Source of the DNA: Chrysomallon squamiferum
Taxonomy: Eukaryota > Animalia > Mollusca
Length of the DNA: 64,000 bases
Direction: 5' to 3'
Assembly: GCA_012295275.1 (NCBI GenBank)
Contig: CM022673.1
Location: forward strand, 7,130,001-7,194,000
In this document: positions 13,945 to 26,446 of the stretch, piece by piece
How the letters are laid out: each line of letters begins with the position of its first letter
Position numbering within the stretch: position 1 is the stretch's first letter
The notes under the pieces: model-generated
Told to the model about the DNA's origin: nothing
Seen by the model: the letters and a program-made list of their open reading frames with translations, nothing else
Databases searched by the model: none
Position numbers and translations under genes: made by a program

Positions 13945-13971
13945 AATGGACAGAGAGCGCCAGAGAGCCAG
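13945..13971 (+). CDS. Candidate 27-nt microexon (NGQRAPESQ), phase 0/0; alternative donor after 13986 gives 42 nt
   Basis: ttcatttcatttctAG|AATGGACAGAGAGCGCCAGAGAGCCAG|GTAATT; purine-rich body, no stop, in frame with the upstream phase-0 exon. No transcript evidence. Confidence 0.25.
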
Positions 13972-14511
13972 GTAATTCGACCAGAGGTAATCAGACCAGA
14001 CTTAATTTGATTAATAAACATAACAGAACACAGCGCTATATGCGCTTGGTCCATCCGTCAACGGAATAAAAGGAATAAACATGATACATATGATAGATAT
14101 TATCTAAAACTTGTGTTTGTGGAGATGTAAGACAACCACAGACTCTGTTCTCTCTGACTAACCTTCTAACACGCTAACAACACTGTCTAAGGCAGATAAC
14201 TCAGGCTCTTGGACAGTTTGCTTGAATATCCAGTTTTATGTTAGCAAGCTTGTCACAATAAATACTGAACAGAAAACTTTAATTAACGTAGGTGATCGCA
14301 TTATAGAGCCTTAGATGTTTAGACGAGAATATACGAAGAAGTGAAAAAGAGGAAGTAGAGCATATTACCCCAAATAAATTGGTATAAAGAATTCAGTATA
14401 TTTTTCTATCTGTCTTTCTGTCTCTCTGTCTGTAGATCTTTCTCTCTGCCTGAATGTTGGATATTTATCTGCCTATTTGTCAGTCAGTTAGTCAATAAAT
14501 CAGTCAATCAA

Positions 14512-14882
<371 letters not shown>

Positions 14883-16767
14883 GTGTCTGCTCTAATTTTC
14901 TCTCTTCTACACCTTTTTTACTAAATTAACTAGGTTAGACAACACGCGGTTATCGCACTTGGTCATCATGAGATCAGACAGGTTACCGACTTTGTGAATT
15001 CCACCGTTGTAGCAGAATATCTCCAACTTTAATAATGACAGAGAGCTTTCCCGTGTTGAGGGATGGCAAGATCTGTGACACAACACATTTGGCCCGTAAT
15101 CCACTTGAATGTCACCGAGAGAAAGCTTCTCACTGCGAAACAATGCTGGCGGGAGATAATCTACTTTGCGTCTCTCTGATCGATGACGCCTTACGTCTAG
15201 GAATCAGCGACATTTTTAGAAAGGAAAACAAACGTGATAAAAATCGCACGAATGCAATGTAATCGTGACAGAGTGTCATTGCGAACTTAAGAGCAAAAGC
15301 CGATGTAAAAAGTACGATGAGATAAAACTGATGCTGTGTAGGTATCTGTGTGTGTGGATGTCTGTGTGTCTGTGTGTATTTGTGTTTACTTCAAATGTGA
15401 ACTAGCTGGTTTTCTTATTGCAGCTCACTTTACTGATTTTAAATGTGTTCAGATTCGACTTTACAAATAAAGTGATTCAGATGTAAAATGTTTAATTTCA
15501 TTTGCTTATTTTTTATAATTTTGGGAAATTCGAGCTCATTTCACTAATTTTTCTAACCACATGTATAAGATCTCACACGTTTATTAACAGTCATTTTCAG
15601 TGGTCCGACTATACCCAGTTTTAAACAAACTGCGATAATGATTTCATAGCACTTAGTTCTTAATTCTCACAGACGTAGACTGTCGGAGCTGTCTGCAAAC
15701 AGGGAAGCGTCTGTTGACAGTTGGCTTCGATTCACATAAGCTGAAAAAAAAAAAAAAAAAAAAAAAAAAACCTCAAGAAAAGGATTTTAAGATTGTACCT
15801 GGGCACCTTACAATCTGCAGCCACTGTTCACCAGTTACATTCTTAATTCCAATTACATTAGAAGAGGTGAATGAAAGAAAGAAAAAAACACTACAACTAA
15901 ATTACACTGACAGTCACGGAAGGACGCCGAGTTAATCCGATAAAATATTACTGCAGAACACGAGGCGTAGACGACTGAAGAATAAAATCTTTGTGACAGA
16001 CTAGCGTTTTTGTTTTCTTCTCACAGTAATGAATTTAAATTAATACCTTAACGACCCAGCATCTGATAACTGTTGTGGTAAATTTTCTTTCTCTTTGGTA
16101 CTGATCTCGTTATGGGTACAAACACAGACAGAGTGAAGAACGCAATACGGACATTGATTTTCGCAGTCAAGTAAAGATAATCAACTCAGTATGTAATATG
16201 GATATTGATTTATTTTTGAGTCCATTGCTTGAATTTCATGAACGAGTAATATTTATATTGTTTCCTGTTTTCTAAAAGTTTAGCCGTTTAGATTAACGAT
16301 GCAGTTTTAAGATTGTGTGATTTAATTACGTATGTAATTAAATATCAAAGTCAGTTTCAGGAAACAAGAGTACACCGGGGTATTAGAAGTATTTAAAACA
16401 GTTTTAGCCAACTAATCTTCATTCATTACCTTCATACATACAGAAAATAACTTTGTACATCTACATTTTCGTTGTTGTATTTCCTGGGGTACCTTTTAAC
16501 AAGCTTGTTTGCACCGTCTGACAAAACTATATTAATTTGTATATTATGCAGTACTAAAGATTGTTTCTTCGTTTATACTGTTTTACCAGATACTATTGCA
16601 GTGACAAATATTTACGATTTTAAAACTAATAACCCAAATCCATGACCTTTGATCGAAATAGAAGTTAGTATAAACCAGTTTAGGAGATATCGCTTCCACA
16701 GCAAGTATACATCATGTCAAAAATATAAATCAAAGTATTGACTTCTAGATAAATTAAAGGTTTTATG

Positions 16768-17256
16768 AAACAAGCCTAATCTCAAATCAGCTTCCTTCTG
16801 ATAAAAGTGACATGGAAATCTAAGAAGAACTATTTATACTTTTGTCATATTTACGCCTTTAAGAGACAGACTTCGTTTTAAATCAGCCTACTTCTGTTAC
16901 AAAGACTTGAAACACTGAGAACAATAACATGCTCCATCGTCATATAAAAAAAATCTTACTTCAAATCAATTTATTTCTTGTAAAAGTGAAATGAAACATT
17001 GAGAACAATAACATGCACTTAATCGTCATATATACAATCTTTTTTTTTTTTCAAATCAGCTTACTTCTGTTAAAATTAACATGAAACATTGAAAACAATA
17101 GCATTAATAATCGTCATATATACAAAACCTCTTTCTTTCAAATCAGCTTACTTCTGTTAAAAGTGACATGAAAAAAAAAAAAAACTGAGATCAATAACAT
17201 GTATCTTCGTCATATTAACGCCTTCAAGAAACGAGCCTTGTCACAAAGCAGTTTAC
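16768..17256. repeat. Minisatellite, 5 diverged units of ~80-100 bp
   Basis: Core caaatcagcttacttctgttaaaagtgacatgaaacattgagaacaataacat...tcgtcatat recurs at about 16783, 16880, 16961, 17052 and 17139. Confidence 0.9.
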
Positions 17257-18032
17257 GAGATATGATTCTGCCATGCAACTGAGACAAACGTGGACGTTAA
17301 TTGCCTCCAAGTGAGAGATCCCTGCGCATCACTTGCGAAGTTAAATCTGATTACATCTGTGATTTCTCCAGGGACGTTCGAAGCGCTGTCGTCATCACGT
17401 AGCTTACCCTGTTGCCAGCCATCGAGTTAGGGAATTTATATTCTCATTTAGAAAGCTCAGTGAAATTTTAAAAGATCACTCTAACGATACATACTGCACA
17501 GACTCTGATGATTGCTGCGATTGATGACGGTCTGGATTCCATGGTCGTTGAGTTACACATTACACGTATCAGTGTAAGAATGTAGTATGTTGTTATGATA
17601 TGAATTGTATAGGTACACACTGCTTTTCTGATACATTTCATACTCTCCGTGTCATAATAAAATTACATTATTTAACCACGGCCTTATTTCTGTCTGGCTC
17701 GTACAGTCTCTTTCCTTACAGTTGTGTGTATTTTTTTAAATAGTATGTATGTACGTATGTATATGTTGTGCATGCATTTATTTCTGTATGTCGGTTGCAA
17801 AACCATATATTTACAGAATTAACTACCAGAAGCATTTACTTATTTATCCTCATATGACATTTACGAATACATATTTAGAACTCCCCACGCAGTAGAATTG
17901 CAACAACTTATTTTATTTTGTAGATCAGAAATAATAATATAAAAAGAGTAAATATAAAAAAAGAAATAAAAATAGAAAAAGAAAAGAAAAATGTAATTCA
18001 TTGAAGACTAACATTTAATTAGACTAATAGAA

Positions 18033-18138
<106 letters not shown>

Positions 18139-18289
18139 CTTATTTATTTTGATCGAACAAAAATAACTGTTTGTGAATTATTCGGCTTACTTCAGTCTAT
18201 GACAGAAGTGTAGTTCAGTTTTATATATTTTAAAGTGTATTATTTTCGAAATCGCTCTGAAGTTACCTGCCTTTCATTATCTTTGCGGT

Positions 18290-18373
18290 GTTTGTCTCCC
18301 TTAACCTTATTCGTCTTCTGTTGTATTTGTCTCCCTTAACTGTATTCTGGTTTTACAGGGTTTGTCTCCCTTT
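18290..18373. repeat. Three copies of TTTGTCTCCCTT at ~35-bp spacing
   Basis: tttgtctcccttaac, tttgtctcccttaac and tttgtctcccttta. Confidence 0.8.
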
Positions 18374-18803
18374 ATTTCCTCCGGCTGCGGATAGATTTCA
18401 TTTTTCCTTTGCCCATCGGGCATCCTGCTGGATTCGCCAGCCGTTATTAAACATACTTTTTACGAGATGGCTGATTTAATAACGATTCTTTTTTTTATCT
18501 CATGTTGGCAATGTAATTGATTGGAGCAAATTTCTAAATTGTTAGCACTGTGCAAATATTAAATTTCTGTCTTTTTGACAGATTTCTTATTTTACAGTAA
18601 TTACATCTGCCAGTTAAAAAGGATATCTGTGGGTTCAGAGACATATTTTTTTTTCCAATCTGAAAAGATTCATGTCTGGTTCGTTAAATATTTATTAAAT
18701 TTCAGACACGATGATTATTTACAGGGTGATACATATCGATTTACACGTATCTGTGTGTGTGTATGTCTACATGTCTTTGTATGTATGTATGTATTTATGT
18801 ATA

Positions 18804-18844
<41 letters not shown>

Positions 18845-21242
18845 ATATATATTTGTATATCTCTGTATAAGTATATATGTATTACGCACATACGTGTGAA
18901 TGTTTCTGTGTATATATTTACGAATTTAGTCCTATATATACAAACACACACATAGAAATATATATTTATGTATAACTTTATTTGAATATAGATTTTTTTC
19001 TTGATACTATAAATACAGAATATGCTTTGAGGAAGTCTGATTTTTGGTTTTTTTTTTTTTTTTCCTTTTCTTTCTTTCTTTTTTAAAATTATTTTTATTT
19101 AAAAATTTTTTATTATGTTATATAAATTTAGAGAGAAACTGAAATAGCGTTTTATTTGGTGGCGCCACGTGAGTTTCAGACGTGGTTTACATCATGACAT
19201 CTTCTTTAATTTCCCTCAGTTCTGACGCTTGCCGTTAAAGATTTGAATGGAAGAGAAGGAAAGTTGATAAGAAAAATACAAAAACGCTCAGACGTATTTT
19301 ATTTTGTGCACGTCGAATCACGACCAGAACAGCGTCGCTGCCTCGGAATTAACAATCTGGTGCGCGATGACACACAATCTACACAAAGATGTGTTTCTGA
19401 CGACTCCTCGGCCCAGCGGAGACACTCTTCTTCTTTAAACACAACGACTGCCATTACCGCCTTCCTTGGAACACGATCTCATAATTATCTACAAATTAAT
19501 ATCGTTTTCACACTTTTTTTTTTTTTTTTTATCTTTCATGTTTTGCTAGACCTCGTTTCATCGCTTTGGGCAATCAATACGAAATTGTACGAAGCTAAAG
19601 CCATGCTCGAGGCAATGAAAGCGGTATTTATTTGGTTTCAAATACCGCTGCGAGCTTTTAGTGGAAGAACGGAGAGCAAAATCGAATAAGGGAACAAGAA
19701 AATCCTCCGCGTTTCGTTTTATTGGACCATTTTCTTTCCGGCGACCTTTCCTCACCAGGAAATTGTCCTCCTGTTTTGTTTGGTATCGACGAAAGAGAGA
19801 AAAAAAAGATGTACTGTATATGTTTACACCATGACAAACCTTTTGAAATGTCATAAGGAAATCTTCATCCATTTTTTATATATAGATCTTTACTTTTCCG
19901 AATAAACTGCCAGTAAACAAAAAAAAAAATTAATAATAATAATAATAAAAAAAAATTGTTTTGTTTTCTATGTATTATTTGATCTCTGTTTTCCTTTAAT
20001 TTTAATTTCTTTGCAGCATTAGTAGTAACAGTATTTGTTTAGTTATTCCTTCCTTCCTTCTATCGTTTAATCTTGAGGTAGCTATTATTACTGATAGTAA
20101 AAATCACACACACACAAAAAGAGGAAAATAAAAAGAAGACGAAGATGAAAAACACACTTTCTTTATGCATAACAACTTTAAAACAAGGGATGTATTAAAC
20201 GTTTCATTTATGTACACAGAGGCAAAATAAGAAAAAGACCTGTAACATTATGACTACATTTGATGGAAAAATATTCCTGTTGAAGCAGTAAGAACATTTT
20301 ATCATTTTAGCCACCCTACTCTGAATTCAGTTTTTATCCAAGAAAATATACTTGAATGGTGATGATAATCTTTGTTTTTGAAGATGTTCTGCATTCCAGA
20401 TTCCGTCAATTAATTTTAATTATTTATAATTTATTTTACTTTAAGGCTAAATTATATTGTCCACGCCAAACATCGATCTTCATAGCTTGTAAACAAGTCA
20501 ACTTCTTTCATTTTTCATAAAAAAAAAAATCCCCATACAATTCATCTGTGACTTTATTTGTATTTCGAATAAAATAAATATAAATTATTCTACTGAATAT
20601 TTCTTTTTTTTTCCCCCAAGGATTTTTTCTCTTTGCCTTTTTTCATTTTGGTTTAATGTACTTTTTTTTCAACTTTGACAAATCTTTGACAGCTTGAAAT
20701 GTATCTGATTTGTTTTAAATGCAAAAAAGTTGAGTTTCCCAAAGCAATTTCAAAAGGATTTGTATTTTAAATTTAATTACAGACATAGCGTGCATTTTAA
20801 TCAGTTTTAGGATGAATGTGAAAACGTAAAAATATCTTATGAATAGTTTTTGAAACTAACGATGAAGAAAATGGAACGTATAATCATTGTCTTCACGTTT
20901 ATTGTTATTTCTGTTGTTGCTGTTATTATCACCACCATTATTATCATCATTATTATCATCATCATCATCATCATCTGAAGCAAAAAATTACTTTTTATGA
21001 ATTGTCTTCTAAATTCTGTTATCTTTATTTCTGTAAGATTTTAAACTAAATATTTTCCCAATATTATCTTTATTCACTTTAGTGTTTGGCTAAAAATCAA
21101 AATAACAAACAAATAGTCGTCACAAATAATAATAGAGAATACTAACCTTAACTCGCTTCACTAGCATTCATTTTGAAGCTGACCAGAGTTACCTCCCATT
21201 GTACCGCGCTGTTCCAGTTCTTTTAATACATATCTTCTTCGA

Positions 21243-21256
21243 TAACAACAACAATG

Positions 21257-21291
<35 letters not shown>

Positions 21292-21350
21292 AATAATAAT
21301 AATAATAATAATTATTATTATTATTATTATTATAATAATTATAATAATAA
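21243..21350. repeat. (AAC)n(AAT)n(ATT)n; the AAT/ATT junction is a palindrome
   Basis: Direct reading. Confidence 0.95.
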
Positions 21351-22496
21351 ATTCTAATAGATTTTTATTACTGCACAGAATATAATAGTACTGAAAATGA
21401 AATGCAGTAGAAAGCGTTTATCATTGTAACCTTCAGTTCTAGGTTTCAGTTCAAGGGAGATAATTCTTCCATACTATTCTGACAAAAGTTTACATTTCAT
21501 TAATTTCACATAATTTTACTCCTGGAAATGACACATAATAGTGACATACATATTAGTGCTGTTGTTGCTGCTTTTACTAACAGTGAAACAACAGTAACAA
21601 CAACAATAATAATACAAGCATTGACAACGACAACAACAGAACCAAAAACAACAACAACAACAACAAAAACAACAATATAAAAATTAAAAATTAAAAAGGT
21701 CCACAGACATTATGTTTCAGAGCTTTTGCAATAAAAGCTGAATCAAGACCAAGTGAAGTAGAATATACGCACTGACCTGTTTATCACCAGAAATACGTAT
21801 CATTGTTAAATATCACAAAAACAATTATTTCTGTTCTTAGTTAAAGACGATAAATAAATCGATCACCCAAACAGTATTCGTAAAATGTACTTTTGACTGC
21901 AGTAAAGCATAGCCTAAGTACTAAGAGATGGATTTATTTCAGTTCGATAACAGAGAAGGATAAAAATAGTAGAAAGTGAAAAAAAAATTAATTTTTTTTT
22001 TTACTTTTTATTTTACTTTTGATTGATGTTATTGGCAGCAAGCTCCTCCCATAAAATGGGTAACAAATAATACTAAAAGTCAATTCTGCAATCAAATAAC
22101 TTTAACTCATATTTTATTTCTGTTTTTCTACTTCTTTTTTTTTTTTCTCAAATAACTGACGCAAATATGTTTTCTTACGGTTTTCTTCTTCACATTTGAC
22201 TTGATTTAAAGTTCGCTTTATATATACAGCTTCTTCGACAACATACAATAAAAAAAAATGTACTCATGAACTTGTAACGTGTTGCGTGTTGTCGCTTTTC
22301 AGACGCGGTCAGAAATTAAAAATTAATTTTCAATCACTTGGCTTTGGCGGAGTTTTAAATTAGTCATGGCTGTAACAAATCTTTAAGAAAGAAAATCAAA
22401 CAAACGCTCATACGCAGGAAAAAATTCTTATCTGATTTGTGTTTACGTGTTTGTGTGTATCCGAATGAACGAAAATGTATAATTTGTATTTGTTCA

Positions 22497-22497
<1 letters not shown>

Positions 22498-22578
<81 letters not shown>

Positions 22579-22678
22579 ATATTATTATTATTATTGTTAT
22601 TGTTAATATTATTTGTTGTTGTTTTTGTTGGTATTCTTCTTATTATTATTATCATAATAATCATCATCATCATCATCA

Positions 22679-22720
<42 letters not shown>
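22498..22720. repeat. (AAT)n(AGT)n...(ATC)n(ATT)n compound microsatellite
   Basis: Direct reading. Confidence 0.95.
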
Positions 22721-22722
<2 letters not shown>

Positions 22723-22750
22723 AATATTATCTTTTCAAAATAACCATATT

Positions 22751-22912
22751 AAAGGGAAACCTGCTGCTATCGAGGGATCTTTTATATGCACCTTTCAACA
22801 CAGTGATAGTAAATCCCACAGGGTGGTCGTTATTAGTTGTATCTGAAATAGCGCTAGTAGAATCGATCTTACGATCCCATGCACCTTAAACCTGTTCTCT
22901 ATAAACTAAGTA
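22751..22912 (-). mobile_element. Decayed tRNA-derived SINE copy
   Basis: The minus strand reads tacttagtttatagagaac...ggtgcatgggatcgtaagatcgattc (decayed A-box/B-box head), then tgcatataaaagatccc. This matches my recollection of a gastropod SINE with a MetaSINE-like core. It also resembles 44640-44700 in this window. Confidence 0.6.
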
Positions 22913-25089
22913 AAGCATGTTTCAGTAAGAAATTTTATTGTCAAACGATTCGTCTTTTCCTAGGTAAATCTTTGCTTAGAACACGTATAAATTAAATGGG
23001 AAATAAGATACATCTTTCAATCTGTTGACGTACATCGAATTTTCATATTCATAAACAATGAAACTCAAAATGCAGTTCCAAGCCTCAAAAAAGGAAAAAA
23101 TATCGTTTGCTGATGATGACATTAACTTTATTTTTTTTAATGTAAAATTTAATTACTTTCAATCTTAAATTTGAATGAAAAATATATTAGAAAAAAAAAA
23201 TAAAAAAAAAAAAAAAAAAAAATTATAACGAAGAAGAGGAAGAAAAAGAAAACCGGGAGACATTTATTTTTAATTTTTGCTTCGCAAGTGCTAAGTTTTG
23301 ACATATTCATTATCGCAACATCTCCGACGTCTTTGTGTTAGTTTCTTTACAAAATGACTCCGCGGCTAAAAGAAGAGACGCTTTCGTTCGCCGAGGTTTT
23401 TGTTGTGAGAACCCTTTCACACAACACTGCCTAATGCAGCGTGTCAAGACATCAGTGTGAAGTGACTCTAGGTGAATAACCAGCGGCCGGCTTGATGAAG
23501 TCCTCGGATCTTTGAAGCAGTCGTTAGGAAAGATTTGATTTGGAGCAGAGTAAAATTGACAGCTGGATGTCAGCAAGGCGTATATTTGCCGGTACAATTA
23601 ACAGAGAGCAATTCAAGCAGATTGTGGCCCTGGTTCGTGTAATTAGAGTGCTTTCATTTGCGTTGCTGTGGTATTATTTTGAGAACCGATGTAAGAAAAC
23701 AAGATCAGTTTAATGAGGAGGGTGGAATATTTTCAATGACGTCCACCTGTTACACGACTTACAGAAAATAAGTATTTTCAGGCAAAAGGATGAGAATTGT
23801 TGTCTGTTCTTTAACTGGACTTCTTGGCGCCTTGGTTGGGTTAAACATTTTATTTCTGATTAAGAATGGCCACGCTAAAGAGCTTTTAGGATTATTTGAA
23901 GTTATCTCTGTCTGTGGCACATATTCAAGGAACCTGGGATCTTTTCAACAGACAATGTTATTAGATTATTTGAACAGAAAAAAAAAATGGAATTGCCCTT
24001 ATTTCTGCATTTAAGTTAGCTCAGACACATTGCAACGGTTTATCCCTATCTGGCTCAAGGATCCTTACTCCAGACTTAAATAAGAACAAGGATGGAAGTA
24101 AAAAAAAGTTAAATATGAAATTAAAATTCATTAATTTGTTCGTTGACTGAATTGTTTCATTTTCTTCTATTCATCATCGTCATCAACATCATAATCATTA
24201 TCACCAACAATTTTATTTCTTCATAATTGTCTGAAACTCTTTGTTTCTCTGCTCTTTCTTCTGTTGCGTCTTATTCTTAATTTCTCACCATTTTGTTTTA
24301 CCTCTTCTTTGTCCATCATTATCATTACCGTAATCATCATCATCATCATCATCATCACCATCTTCATCACCATCTTCTTATTATTATTCTTATTATTTTT
24401 TTTTTACCTCGACCTGTTCTTCTTCAACCGCCATTATCATCACCAAAAAATCATCATCATTGTCACCACCGTCATCATCATTACCATCTCCTTTTTCTCC
24501 TCCTTTTCCTTTCAATGTCTCAAACAAATAAAAGTCTTCAAGAAACACTTGTTCGTGACTTCTATGCAATGAATGCCAATTAACAGCCGCACACCAAACT
24601 CAGCTGCCTGAAAAAAAAAAAAAAAAAAAAAAAAAACAGTTGAAGATTATTAGGTTCAGTCTGACAGGTGAAGAGACACAATCTGGCATGCATATCACGT
24701 GTCTCTTCACCCGTGTTGCAAAAAGAAACCGAGACCAACTGGAGATTTAATTATTTCCAAACTAACTCTTAATAGACCGGTCTTTTTGCGCGCAAGCCGC
24801 ATTAAGAGATCGGTTCCCCGCAATGAGCTGTGATTCAATCAATTTGGCCGGCCCATACAGGAATAAACAAGGAATATAAAGGCTTTTGTGCAATATTACC
24901 TCATGAAAATAGACAGGAAGCGTGTGGCTGCGGCTGGGCTTAATTCATGTCATTAGGTTCAGCTTCTGCGATTGGTTTTGTCAAGAGACGGGTATCGCCT
25001 GTTTGCCAACAGTAACTGCCTGTGTGAGGTGGTTTTCTTCCATGTCAGACTGGTGCTTTAAAGGAGACTGGGTCTTTTTTTTGTGGGTT

Positions 25090-25123
<34 letters not shown>

Positions 25124-25275
25124 CATAGTCTTGTTATTACTGAAGTAAGATATGATAGTTCGATGAAATGAAATGATGGTGCGTTGTGATATGCGGGTTT
25201 TGGTATTTGGGTAATAAAAACAAAAATAAATAAATAAATAATTAAATAAATAAATAAAAAGAGAAAGCGACCGAG

Positions 25276-25278
<3 letters not shown>

Positions 25279-25364
<86 letters not shown>
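25279..25364. repeat. (GA)n microsatellite
   Basis: Direct reading. Confidence 0.98.
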
Positions 25365-25368
<4 letters not shown>

Positions 25369-25819
25369 CTTTTCTCTTTTTTTTTTTTACAAAACGAAAT
25401 CTCTGTACAAAGAGATAATATTTCTTTCTCGACGGATTTGATGAAGAGTTTCGCGGACAGAGATAAATCAATGTTGTTACAACGAGGCGATTCGAAATGA
25501 CAAAAACAAAAATAATGTCTCGAATGGATACAACTGGGAAATGCTTTCTTGTTGATATGTCTCACAAGTATCAAGCAAAATGTTGTTTCCATATCTGCCG
25601 CTGTATCCCCGATAACAGTGTTAATTATTATGTTTTCTGAAGTTGTTACGTCATCCGTTATCAAACTAAATCTGATATTCTAACGTAAGAATATTATGTA
25701 ATATTATCATATGTGAAATGAAAACAAAAACAACAATAAAAACAAAAGTAAAAAGTACAAAATAAACAGATCTTATTTCATTGTCTTAGGCACGAAATTT
25801 CAAAATGTATTTATTTATT

Positions 25820-25897
<78 letters not shown>

Positions 25898-26249
25898 GCT
25901 GCTATTATTATTATTATTAGTTTAAGGACAACAAATGCAAGTAAAATAAATATTAATTAAAATGCAACACTTTGGAGTCCACACCATATCTAATGTTTCT
26001 TGAATGTTTCATTTGTTTCCTAAAGTACATCATATTGTATTGTGTTTCAAGGTTCCAGTGCTGGAGCATTAGAAAAAAAAATCATTACTGAAGCTCAAAT
26101 CAAGATGACAACGTCTTATTTATTCCTCATTTATTTCAAAATAGCCAGAATGACAACATCTGAAATCCGTGTGTAGACAAGATTTATGGTATTCTGTTGC
26201 AAGATTTTAACTGGGATTAATATGAAACATAGTTAAATGTATCGTCATC

Positions 26250-26285
<36 letters not shown>

Positions 26286-26398
26286 TAATTAATTAATTAA
26301 AAGTATTTATTTGTTTTATTTTTTCTTATCTTATTCATTTAAAAAAATATATATCAAAGCTTACAAATATTTCATAAAAGATACATATTGAAATAGAC

Positions 26399-26446
<48 letters not shown>

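Noticed and set aside
16768-17256. Possible CRISPR-like repeat-spacer array
   Set aside because: Repeats are long and diverged, intervening segments are homologous to each other, there are no cas genes, and the context is eukaryotic
19243-19872. 148-aa and 104-aa ORFs
   Set aside because: TTG starts, a poly-T-derived Phe run, no coding-like codon bias, no flanking splice signals and no recognisable domain
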